The notes under the pieces are model-generated. The model saw nothing but the letters and a program-made list of their open reading frames with translations. It made no database searches and was not told the origin of the DNA. A stretch of DNA of 33,810 nucleotides from Acidobacteriota bacterium (GTDB taxonomy: Bacteria > Acidobacteriota > Aminicenantia > UBA2199), in NCBI GenBank assembly GCA_028749105.1, contig JAQUQF010000002.1, positions 1 to 33,810 of the forward strand, written 5' to 3'. Positions 17,246 to 25,342 of this stretch are shown in pieces. The translations under genes were made by a program, and so were the position numbers. Position 1 is the stretch's first letter. Every line of letters starts with the position of its first letter.

Positions 17246-17383
17246 CACTCAGTGAAAAGTGAGAGGTGAAAAGTGAAAGGTAACAGCAATGATATGTTAC
17301 CAGTGAAAAATCAGGAAATACACTCAAAGAACTCAGTGAGTGTATTTACATTTCACCTTTCACTTTTTGCTTTTCACTGAGAA
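17246..17383. repeat. GTGAAAR-heptamer inverted-repeat element
   Basis: The left arm has GTGA/GTAA at 17252, 17259, 17266, 17273 and 17280 (exact 7-nt phase). The right arm has TTAC/TCAC at 17346, 17353, 17360 and 17374. The arms 17248-17283 and 17346-17381 are about 30/36 complementary. An inner perfect 7-bp hairpin is ggtaaca-9nt-tgttacc (17279-17301). Confidence 0.8.
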
Positions 17384-17395
17384 CTGGACTTCGAA

Positions 17396-17605
17396 CTATT
17401 CTTGCGCCTTGAATCTCTTCAAATCATTGGGATTTTCCACCCACTCCTCGATATAGCCGCAATCGGTGCAAACGAAGCGGGTGACCCAGACATCGATGCT
17501 GGTCAGGTTGACCGAGATCCGGCTCCAGCTGTTGAGCACCGGCGAGCCGCGCTTGCGGCCGATGGCCTTCGAGCCGCACTTCGGACACGATTTATTGTTT
17601 TTCAT
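17396..17605 (-). CDS. Small zinc-ribbon protein
   Basis: CPKCG near the N-terminus and CTDCG near the C-terminus; 69 aa. Confidence 0.55.
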   Translation of the reverse strand: MKNNKSCPKCGSKAIGRKRGSPVLNSWSRISVNLTSIDVWVTRFVCTDCGYIEEWVENPNDLKRFKAQE

Positions 17606-17626
17606 AAGTACACCTCGTAGAGATCG

Positions 17627-17655
17627 TTTATAGCAAAAAGAAAATGAAATATCAA
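17627..17655 (-). promoter_or_regulatory. Sigma70-like promoter for the zinc-ribbon gene
   Basis: On the minus strand: TTGATA (17655-17650), 17-nt spacer, TATAAA (17632-17627). Confidence 0.35.
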
Positions 17656-17660
17656 GGCAA

Positions 17661-17784
17661 GTGCCAGTGTCTGTGACAGTGACAGCAAGAAAATTAAATC
17701 AACTATAGCCTCATTGATGGTTCAGCTGGTACCGTCACTGGCACTAGTTGTGGGTTTTGCTGACACTGACACTGTCACTGGCAC
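17661..17784. repeat. GTGNCA-hexamer inverted-repeat element between divergent promoters
   Basis: Left arm gtgcca|gtgtct|gtgaca|gtgaca (17661-17684). Right arm tgacac|tgacac|tgtcac|tggcac (17761-17784). A third partial arm, gtcactggcac, lies at 17735-17745. Confidence 0.8.
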
Positions 17785-17797
17785 TCGTTTATAGGGA

Positions 17798-17826
17798 TTG
17801 ACTACGTCGCTGAAATGTCATAAAGT
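17798..17826 (+). promoter_or_regulatory. Sigma70-like promoter for iorA
   Basis: TTGACT (17798-17803), 17-nt spacer, TAAAGT (17821-17826). GAGGAGG (17843-17849) precedes ATG 17855. Confidence 0.35.
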
Positions 17827-17854
17827 TAATCTTATAACAGAACGAGGAGGTCCT

Positions 17855-19666
17855 ATGGCCAAAGAACTTCTATCGGGCAACGAAGCCATCGCCCGCGGCG
17901 CCTGGGAGGCGGGGGTCACCTTCGCCGCCGCCTACCCCGGCACGCCCAGCACCGAGATCCTGGAGAACATCATCCGCTACAAGGACGACATCTACTCCCA
18001 GTGGGGGACGAACGAGAAGACGGCCATGGAGGAGGCCCTCGGGGCCAGCTTCACCGGCGCCCGCGCCCTGGTGACCATGAAGCACGTGGGCTTGAACGTC
18101 GCAGCCGACCCGCTGTTCTCTGCCAGCTATATCGGCGCCACCGGCGCCCTGGTGATCGTCTCGGCCGACGACCCCGGCATGCACAGCTCGCAGAACGAGC
18201 AGGACAACCGCCACTACGCCGTGGCCGCCAAGATGCCGGTGCTCGAGCCCTCCGACTCCCAGGAAGCCAAGGACATGGTCCTGGAGGCGGTGAAGATCAG
18301 CGAGGCCTACGACACGCCGGTTATGATCCGCATGACCACCCGCACGTCGCACTCGCGCTCGGCGGTTGAATTGGGCGAGCGGCATGTGCCGCCCGTGCCC
18401 GAGTACAAGAGCGACTTCCTCAAGCGCAACCTGCTGCCGGGAAACGCCCGCAAGCGCCACGCCGCCGTCGAGGAGCGCCTGAAGAAACTGGCCGTGTTCA
18501 GCGACAGTTTTGCCTACAACACCATGATCAAGGGCAGGGAGCGGGTCGGCGTCCTCGCCTCCGGCGTCTCCTACCAGTACGGCCGCGAGGTCTTCCCCGA
18601 CGCTTGGTTCCTGAAGCTGGCCATGCCCTACCCCTTCCCGATCAAGCTGTTCCAGCGCTTCGCATCCATGGTCGACAAGATCTACGTTTTGGAGGAGAAC
18701 GATCCGATCATCGAGACTTTCGCCCGCCTGGCGGCCCCGCAGAAGGAGATCGTCGGCAAGGACGTCTTCCCGCTGCTGGGAGAGTTGTCGCAGGACGTGG
18801 TCCGCGCCAGCCTGGGGCTGAAGGACATGGCCCCACGACACTCCGCGGACGGAGTTCCGGGTCGCCCCCCCTCCTTGTGCGCGGGCTGCCCGCACACCGC
18901 TTTCTTCTACAACCTGGGGATACTGAAGGTGCAATCCAAGGGCGACATCGGCTGCTATACCCTGGGGGCGCTGCGGCCGCTGAGCGCCATGGACACCTGC
19001 GTCGACATGGGAGCGAGCATCACGGTGCAATTGGGCATTGAGAAGGCCCTGGAAAAGGCGGGCAAAACGACCAAGCAGGTCGCCGTGATCGGCGATTCCA
19101 CCTTCTTCCATTCCGGCATCACCGGCCTGATCGACGTCATTTACAACCAGGGCAAGTCGACGATCGTCATCCTGGACAATTCGATCACGGCCATGACCGG
19201 CCACCAGGAGAACCCGGGCTCGGGCCGGACCCTGATGGGCCAGCCGGTCCGGCAGATCGACATCGTCAAGCTGGTGCGCGACGGCCTGGGCCTGGAGCAC
19301 ACCTACGAGGTCGACGGCTACGAGGTCAAGGCCATCCGCGAGCTGCTGAAGCGCGAGATGGCCCGGGAGGAGCCCTCGGTGATCGTCGTGCGCCGACCAT
19401 GCGTGCTGCTCTACCGCAAGGCCAAGTGGTCGCCCATGGTCGTGGACAAGTCCACATGCACCAGCTGCAAGACCTGCCTGCGCCTGGGCTGCCCGGCCAT
19501 CAGCACCGACGTCGACGGCAAGTCGCTGATCAACGTCTCCCTGTGCACCGGCTGCGGCGTTTGCGCCCAGGTCTGCCCCTACAAGGCCATCTCCTACGCT
19601 GACGAAAAAGGGATGCACATCGGCTCCATGACTCTGGAATCGTTCGCCAAGGGAGGCGGCAAATGA
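17855..19666 (+). CDS. iorA: Indolepyruvate:ferredoxin oxidoreductase alpha subunit
   Basis: 2-oxoacid:Fd oxidoreductase TPP-binding architecture (GDSTFFHSG). C-terminal 2x[4Fe-4S] motifs are CTSCKTCLRLGCP and CTGCGVCAQVCP. Start trimmed to the ATG with a strong SD. Confidence 0.9.
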   Translation: MAKELLSGNEAIARGAWEAGVTFAAAYPGTPSTEILENIIRYKDDIYSQWGTNEKTAMEEALGASFTGARALVTMKHVGLNVAADPLFSASYIGATGALVIVSADDPGMHSSQNEQDNRHYAVAAKMPVLEPSDSQEAKDMVLEAVKISEAYDTPVMIRMTTRTSHSRSAVELGERHVPPVPEYKSDFLKRNLLPGNARKRHAAVEERLKKLAVFSDSFAYNTMIKGRERVGVLASGVSYQYGREVFPDAWFLKLAMPYPFPIKLFQRFASMVDKIYVLEENDPIIETFARLAAPQKEIVGKDVFPLLGELSQDVVRASLGLKDMAPRHSADGVPGRPPSLCAGCPHTAFFYNLGILKVQSKGDIGCYTLGALRPLSAMDTCVDMGASITVQLGIEKALEKAGKTTKQVAVIGDSTFFHSGITGLIDVIYNQGKSTIVILDNSITAMTGHQENPGSGRTLMGQPVRQIDIVKLVRDGLGLEHTYEVDGYEVKAIRELLKREMAREEPSVIVVRRPCVLLYRKAKWSPMVVDKSTCTSCKTCLRLGCPAISTDVDGKSLINVSLCTGCGVCAQVCPYKAISYADEKGMHIGSMTLESFAKGGGK

Positions 19667-20247
19667 CTACAAAATCGATCCTGATCTGCGGTGTCGGCGG
19701 CCAAGGCATTCTGACCGCCAGCGACCTGCTCTCCGACGTGCTGCTGCAGGCCGGCTACCAGGTGAAGAAGAGCGAGGTGCACGGCATGAGCCAGCGCGGC
19801 GGCGACGTGATCTCCACGGTGCGCTACGGGGACCAGGTCTTTTCGCCCCTGCCCGCCCTCAAGGAGACCGACTACATCCTGGCCTTCGAGAAGCTCGAAG
19901 CCCTGCGCAACATCAACTACCTGGGCGAGAAGGGCATCGTCCTGGTCAACGATTTCGAGTGGCAGCCTCTGACCGTGGCGGCGGGCTATGAAAAATACCC
20001 CGCGGATGTGGTGCCGCGGCTGAAAAAACTGGCCGGCGAGCTTGTGCTCATCCCGGCGACGCGCCTGGCCGCCGAGCTCGGCAACGACAAGGCCTCCAAC
20101 GTCGTGCTGATCGGCCTGCTGGCCTCGCGCATGGATATCGACGAGAAGGTCTGGCTGGAGGTCGTCCGCCGCAAGGTGCCGCCGCGCTTCCTGGACTTGA
20201 ACCTGAAGGCCTTCGATGCCGGATACCGCTTCAAGGCCGGGGCCTGA
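19663..20247 (+). CDS. iorB: Indolepyruvate:ferredoxin oxidoreductase beta subunit
   Basis: Gamma-domain-like ILICGVGGQGILTASDLL...HGMSQRGG. ATGA overlap with iorA. Confidence 0.85.
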   Translation: MTTKSILICGVGGQGILTASDLLSDVLLQAGYQVKKSEVHGMSQRGGDVISTVRYGDQVFSPLPALKETDYILAFEKLEALRNINYLGEKGIVLVNDFEWQPLTVAAGYEKYPADVVPRLKKLAGELVLIPATRLAAELGNDKASNVVLIGLLASRMDIDEKVWLEVVRRKVPPRFLDLNLKAFDAGYRFKAGA

Positions 20248-20263
20248 GGCCGGGGAGAACGCC

Positions 20264-21166
20264 ATGATCCAGAACCTGAAACAGCTCGTGCAAGCCGCCA
20301 AGAAGCGAAAGGGCATCATCGCCGGAGTCCCCTGCCCCGAGGACGAAAGCACCATCCTCTCGGTCATCGAGGCCAAGAAGGAGGGTTTGGCTGACTTCGT
20401 CCTCTGTGGCGATCGGGCCAAGATTTCCCAGCTGCTCCGCCAGCTCGGCGGCGACGAGTCCGACTTCGAGGTCCACGACACCCCCGGGGCCGAGACGGCG
20501 GTAGCGCGGGTGGTGGAGCTGGGCCGCCTGGGGAAGCTGCACCTGGTCCTGAAGGGCTTCCTGCCCACGGCGGCGCTGATGAAGCCCATCCTGGACAAGG
20601 AAAAGGGGTTGCGCGGCGAGAACCTGCTCTCCGACATCCTGGTGCTGGAGAACCCGGCCTGCGAGGAGCTGCTGGGCATGAGCGACGGGGGGCTGAACAT
20701 TCTACCCGACCTCGCCCAGAAGAAGCAGATCGTGGAGAACGCCGTCGCCGTGTTCCACGGCCTGGGCTATGAGGAGCCGCGGGTGGGGATCATGGCCGCC
20801 ATCGAGGCGGTCAAGGACTCCATGCCGGCCACCCTCGATGCCAGGTCCCTGACCGAGATGAACGGACGCGGGGAGATCGCGGACTGCCAGGTCTACGGGC
20901 CGCTGGCTCTGGACATCGCCGTCTCGCGCGAAGCGGCCGAGCACAAGGGCATTTTCAACGATGTCGCCGGCCGGGCGCAGATCATGATCGTTCCCAACAT
21001 CGAGGCGGGCAATCTGCTGGGCAAGGCCTTCACCTACTACCTGAAGCTCACCGTGGCCCACGTGGTCATGGGCGCCCGCCTGCCGATCCTCATCCCCTCG
21101 CGCAACGAGAGCGACACCGACAAGTTCCATTCCCTGGCCCTGGGCGTGCTCAGCGCCCGGCCCTGA
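20264..21166 (+). CDS. ptb: Phosphate butyryl/acetyltransferase-family phosphotransacylase
   Basis: PTA_PTB fold: start MIQNLKQLVQAAKKRKGIIAGVPCPED, then GGLNILPD and VPNIEAGNLLGK. Confidence 0.8.
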   Translation: MIQNLKQLVQAAKKRKGIIAGVPCPEDESTILSVIEAKKEGLADFVLCGDRAKISQLLRQLGGDESDFEVHDTPGAETAVARVVELGRLGKLHLVLKGFLPTAALMKPILDKEKGLRGENLLSDILVLENPACEELLGMSDGGLNILPDLAQKKQIVENAVAVFHGLGYEEPRVGIMAAIEAVKDSMPATLDARSLTEMNGRGEIADCQVYGPLALDIAVSREAAEHKGIFNDVAGRAQIMIVPNIEAGNLLGKAFTYYLKLTVAHVVMGARLPILIPSRNESDTDKFHSLALGVLSARP

Positions 21167-21188
21167 GCCGCGCTTCGCCTCCCCCATC

Positions 21189-21821
21189 ATGGGAAGACGG
21201 CTGATGCTCAGCGCGCTCCTGCTGCTGGCCTCCTTGGCCACCTTTGCGGGGACGGCACCGTCACCGGCAGTGGACGTCGATTTCCTGCGCCAGGTGCGCG
21301 CCCGCATCCTCCAAAGCCAGCCCTTCCGGGCCGACTTCGTCCAAAGGGTCTATGTGGACGATGAATTGAGCATTGAGGAGAGCGGCTTCATCGTTTTCGC
21401 CAACCGCGAGCGCGTCAAATGGCAGTACCTTGTTCCGGAATACAAGACGTTCATCCTGGAGTCCGGCCGCTACAGTTTTTACGACCGCGAGAACCAGCAG
21501 CTGCTGCGCGGCCGCCTGGGCGAGCGCAGCCGCGAGCTGGTCTGGGATCTGCTGTTTTCCGACCGGCCCGGTCAGTCCTGCCGCTGGGACTCCCGCAAGC
21601 GTACGATCAGCCTCGCGCTCGCCGGGGAGAACGGCGTCGAAGAGCTGAAGATTCTCGTCGGCCCCGACCTCCTGCCCCGGCGCGTGGAGCAGTCCGCGGT
21701 CAACGATGTGACCACTGTCTATGAGTTCAGCGCCTATCGCGTCCGCACCCTCCCCGCCGCCGGAGAATTCGAACTGGACCTCCCCGCCGGCGTGGAAATC
21801 ATCGACGATCAGGCACCGTGA
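21189..21821 (+). CDS. LolA-like outer-membrane lipoprotein carrier/sorting protein
   Basis: Signal peptide, then a LolA-like pattern: FRADFVQ..ESGFIVFANRERVKWQYLVPEYKTFILESGRYSFYDRENQQL. Confidence 0.55.
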   Translation: MGRRLMLSALLLLASLATFAGTAPSPAVDVDFLRQVRARILQSQPFRADFVQRVYVDDELSIEESGFIVFANRERVKWQYLVPEYKTFILESGRYSFYDRENQQLLRGRLGERSRELVWDLLFSDRPGQSCRWDSRKRTISLALAGENGVEELKILVGPDLLPRRVEQSAVNDVTTVYEFSAYRVRTLPAAGEFELDLPAGVEIIDDQAP

Positions 21822-21847
21822 AAACCTTTGCCCGCCGGAATCCGTAG

Positions 21848-22423
21848 ATGCAATTGGACGAAGACCAGGTCCTGATCAAGAAGACGCTGCGGGGAGACCG
21901 CAAGGCGTTCGAGGAACTGATGCGCAAGTACGAGAAGAAGATTTTCAGCTTCGTGGTCCGCATGGTCCGCAACGAGGAGACGGCCGTGGACCTGACCCAG
22001 GATTTTTTCTTTAAGATCTTCACCGTCCTGGACAAGTACAACTACGAGTACAAGTTCTCCACCTGGGCCTACCGCATCTGCTACAACCTGGTCATCGACC
22101 ACATCCGCAAGAACCAGACCCAGGTCGACTCGCTCGACGATGAAGGCGTCACGTCGCACGACCTGCTTGCTTCGGACAACGTCAGCCGCGAGGACGGCTT
22201 CAAGGCCCTGGCCCGCGCCGAGACCCGGGACTACGTCTGGAACATCGTGGACCAGATCCCGCTCAAGTTCCGCGAGCTGATCCTGCTGCGCTACATCCAG
22301 GACCTCAAGTACGAAGAGATAGCCGAGATCACGGCGCTGCCTGTGGGCACCGTCAAGAACCGCATCTTCAAGGCCAAGGAGATCCTGAAAAAGGAGATGG
22401 AAAAAGATGGCATGCTTGTCTGA
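21848..22423 (+). CDS. ECF-type RNA polymerase sigma factor
   Basis: Region 2 (FSTWAYRICYNLVIDHIRK) and region 4 HTH (YEEIAEITALPVGTVKNRIFKAKEIL). Confidence 0.9.
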   Translation: MQLDEDQVLIKKTLRGDRKAFEELMRKYEKKIFSFVVRMVRNEETAVDLTQDFFFKIFTVLDKYNYEYKFSTWAYRICYNLVIDHIRKNQTQVDSLDDEGVTSHDLLASDNVSREDGFKALARAETRDYVWNIVDQIPLKFRELILLRYIQDLKYEEIAEITALPVGTVKNRIFKAKEILKKEMEKDGMLV

Positions 22424-22961
22424 CGAAACCCTGATCGCCTGCAACGAGGGGAGCCTGGGCGCCATCGAAGCGGCCCGGGTCCGCGACCATCTGCTGCTCT
22501 GCCCGGCCTGCCGGGAAACGGCCGCGCATTATCGTCTCCTCGAGCGGGCGCTGGAGCGGCCGCAGCTCGCCATGCCCCCGGCCCGGCTTGTCCCCCAGGT
22601 GATGGAGCGCCTCTTCCCCGCCGCCGCCCGCATCACGTCGATCGCGGCCGTTGCTGCCGCCAGCTTCGTCTTCCTCGTCTCCTGGATCTACATCTATTTC
22701 GATTTCTCCAGCAGCAGTCTGGTCCAGGCGCTGCGCCTGACCACCGACGGCACCACGGGCTGGCTGGCCGGCATCATCCAGGGCATCACCAGCGTATATA
22801 ACGGCGCCCAGGCAGTCCGCAAGGCTCTCGGCGCCATGCTGCGCATCCTCTTTCCCGCTCCCCTGGGCGTGGTCGCGATCGCCGTCGCCATCCTCGGGCT
22901 TTCACTCCTGCTGGCGCTGACCGTCTTCCGCCCGCGGCTTAAAAAAGCGAAGCGCACATGA
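22407..22961 (+). CDS. Anti-sigma factor (zf-HC2 type), membrane-anchored
   Basis: N-terminal H-x3-C-x2-C motif (RDHLLLCPACRE) with TM segments downstream. It overlaps the sigma gene by 17 nt. Confidence 0.7.
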   Translation: MACLSDETLIACNEGSLGAIEAARVRDHLLLCPACRETAAHYRLLERALERPQLAMPPARLVPQVMERLFPAAARITSIAAVAAASFVFLVSWIYIYFDFSSSSLVQALRLTTDGTTGWLAGIIQGITSVYNGAQAVRKALGAMLRILFPAPLGVVAIAVAILGLSLLLALTVFRPRLKKAKRT

Positions 22962-23833
22962 AAAGGATCCGCCTGCTGGTGCTCTTCCTGGCCGTTTGCG
23001 GGCTATTCCTGGCCGCCGCCGATAAAAAGGAAATCACCGTGGCTGCCGGCGAGACCCGCAGCAGCGCCATCAACGCCTTCAACGCCCGCCTGGATGTCCG
23101 CGGCAGGGTCGACGAGTCGGTCTTCCTGCTGGGCGGCAGCCTCCGCCTGGAAGGCGAAGTGACCGGCGACGTCATCTGCGTCGCTGCCGACGTGGAGATC
23201 GCCGACGGCAGCGTGATCGGCCGCGACCTGATCGTCATCGGCGGCCGGCTGCGCAAGGCGGACAACAGCCGCGTCGGCGGCAGGGTCTATGACGTGCGTT
23301 CCCGCGAGGGCATGAGGCGGGTCGCCGCCTCGGTCATGCCCCTTGTCCCGGAAGAAGGAGGAATGACCTTCTTCAAGGTCGTCAAGATATTCTTCTGGCT
23401 TCTTCTCTCGCTGCTGGCATTGGCCGTCTTCCCGGTCCCCGTCGCCCAGGCGGCGGCCATGCTCCCCCGGGAGCCGCTGCGCCACGCGGGGCGCGGCCTG
23501 CTGACGCTGCTGCTTTTTGTGCTGCTGACCCTGGTCTTCCTGCTGCTGAGCTTCGTGCTGATCGGCATCCCGCTGCTGGTCGTGCTGCTGGCCGCCTTTT
23601 TCCTCCTGCTGATCTTCGGCCGCGCCGCCGTGTTTTATTGCATCGGCGAGCGCCTCTGCCGCTTTTTCAAGCTGCAGGCCGGCCCGACACTGTTCATCGT
23701 CTTGGGCATCGCCATCTATACCCTGTTCAAATTCATCCCCTATGCAGGGGGCGTGCTGTTGGTCGCGATCGATCTGCTTGCGGTCGGAGTCGGGGTTGGA
23801 TATTTCCTCAGACGCAGGAAGTCCTTGGCGTAG
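22958..23833 (+). CDS. Membrane protein with bactofilin-like (polymer-forming) beta-helical N-terminal domain
   Basis: Signal/anchor, then repetitive V.G.V..DV units (LDVRGRVDESVFLLGGSLRLEGEVTGDVICVAADVEIADGSVIGRDLIVIGGRL). Several TM helices follow. ATGA overlap with the anti-sigma gene. Confidence 0.5.
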   Translation: MKRIRLLVLFLAVCGLFLAAADKKEITVAAGETRSSAINAFNARLDVRGRVDESVFLLGGSLRLEGEVTGDVICVAADVEIADGSVIGRDLIVIGGRLRKADNSRVGGRVYDVRSREGMRRVAASVMPLVPEEGGMTFFKVVKIFFWLLLSLLALAVFPVPVAQAAAMLPREPLRHAGRGLLTLLLFVLLTLVFLLLSFVLIGIPLLVVLLAAFFLLLIFGRAAVFYCIGERLCRFFKLQAGPTLFIVLGIAIYTLFKFIPYAGGVLLVAIDLLAVGVGVGYFLRRRKSLA

Positions 23834-23839
23834 AACCTT

Positions 23840-24046
23840 CGTGACGCGTAACGCGTGACACGGTAAATTAATTTCAAATCTCAAGTACCATTGACCCAAA
23901 AACTCAAATAAAGAGAAGAAAATTGCCGGGGTTTTCGTTTGGGACATTGGGATTTGGAACTTGGAATTTATTTGGAATTTGGTGCTTGGAACTAATTTAT
24001 TCTCTTATTAGTCGCTCAGTACTCGTCACGCGTTTCGCGTTACGTC
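23840..24046. repeat. Composite inverted-repeat element: outer GTRACGC-heptamer arms flanking an inverted, half-degenerate CCAA-type element (copy C)
   Basis: Outer arms are gtgacgc|gtaacgc|gtgacac (23841-23861) and cgtcacg|cgtttcg|cgttacg (24024-24044). Inside, 23961-23989 is the exact reverse complement of 12529-12557 and 14551-14579. Confidence 0.8.
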
Positions 24047-24604
24047 TTAATCTTCCAGGATGTGCTTCGCCTTCTCGCGCTCGAACTGGTCAATGCGCTC
24101 GCCCGTGGCGTCGACAATCTTCTGCAGGTCATCATAGGCCCGCTTCTCGTCGTCCTCGCTGATGTCCTTGTCGTCCTTCAGGGACTTGATCATATCGCGG
24201 TACTCATGGCGGACGTTGCGCACCTGGGCCTTGCGCTCCTCGGTGTACTTCTTCAGCGTCTTGATGATCTCCAGGCGGCGCTGCTGGTCCAGCGGCGGAA
24301 TGGGCAGCTTGATGACCTTGCCGTCGGAGACGGGATTGATGTTGAGGTTGGCGGCGCGGATGGCCTTGTCGATGTCATTGATGATCTTGTTGTCCCAGGG
24401 CTGGATGATGATCAGGTTGGCCTCGGGAACCCCCAGCGTCGCCAGCTGGTTGATCGGCGTGGACACGCCGTAATAGTCGATGTGAATGCCGTCCAGGATC
24501 TGGACCGACGCCCGGCCGGTGCGGAACTTGGAGATCTGCTTCTTGAAGTCGTCTTCCAGCTTCTTCAGGTCGTCCTTGGCCTGCTCCAGGATCTCTTTGG
24601 TCAT
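24047..24604 (-). CDS. frr: Ribosome recycling factor
   Basis: Full-length RRF similarity ([26 protein letters not shown]...ITPWD). Confidence 0.95.
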   Translation of the reverse strand: MTKEILEQAKDDLKKLEDDFKKQISKFRTGRASVQILDGIHIDYYGVSTPINQLATLGVPEANLIIIQPWDNKIINDIDKAIRAANLNINPVSDGKVIKLPIPPLDQQRRLEIIKTLKKYTEERKAQVRNVRHEYRDMIKSLKDDKDISEDDEKRAYDDLQKIVDATGERIDQFEREKAKHILED

Positions 24605-25338
24605 TTGTCCTCTCCCTTCAGGTCGATCAGCGTGCCGATGGCATCGCCGCAGACGGCCTTGCGGATATTGCCACGGCGGGTGATGTCGAAGATCTTGATG
24701 CAGAGACCGTTGTCCTTGCTCAGCGAGATGGCCGTGCTGTCCATGATCTTCAGCTCCTTGGCCAGCACGTCGGCATAGGATATGCGCGTGAACTTGGTGG
24801 CGTTCTTGACCTTTTTGGGATCGTCCGAATAGACGCCCTCGACCTTGGTGGCCTTGAGCAGGACATCGGCCTTGATCTCGATGGCGCGCAGCGCGGCGGC
24901 CGTGTCGGTGGTGAAGAAGGGATTGCCGGTGCCGGCGGCAAAGATCACCACCCGCCCCTTCTCCAGGTGGCGCACGGCGCGGCGCGGGATGAAGGGCTCG
25001 GCGATCTCCTGGACAGCCAGGGCTGAAATCAGGCGGCAGTGGACGCCTTTTTTTTCCAAGGCGTTCTGCAGGGCGACACCGTTGATCATGGTGGCCAGCA
25101 TGCCCATGTAGTCGGCCGAAGCGCGGTCGATGCCCAGCTCGCCGGCGCGGGCGCCGCGGAAGAAGTTGCCGCCGCCGGCGACAATGGCGATCTGCACGCC
25201 GAGGTCATGGATCTCCTTGATCTCGGACGCGATCTCACCGATGATGCCGGGGTGGATGCCGAAATGGTCGTCGCCCTGCAGGGCCTCGCCGCTCAGCTTC
25301 AGCAGGATGCGCTTGTAGGTGGCCAGGGCGGCAGCCAT
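24601..25338 (-). CDS. pyrH: UMP kinase
   Basis: [43 protein letters not shown]. Start trimmed from the over-long ORF to ATG 25338. ATGA overlap with frr. Confidence 0.95.
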   Translation of the reverse strand: MAAALATYKRILLKLSGEALQGDDHFGIHPGIIGEIASEIKEIHDLGVQIAIVAGGGNFFRGARAGELGIDRASADYMGMLATMINGVALQNALEKKGVHCRLISALAVQEIAEPFIPRRAVRHLEKGRVVIFAAGTGNPFFTTDTAAALRAIEIKADVLLKATKVEGVYSDDPKKVKNATKFTRISYADVLAKELKIMDSTAISLSKDNGLCIKIFDITRRGNIRKAVCGDAIGTLIDLKGEDK

Positions 25339-25342
25339 TTTA

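Noticed and set aside
17870-19618. 582-aa minus-strand ORF
   Set aside because: It is antisense to iorA and its translation is dominated by G/A/D/L/V/R runs. The same reasoning rejects 19594-20700 (-), 20702-21307 (-) and 21809-22465 (-).
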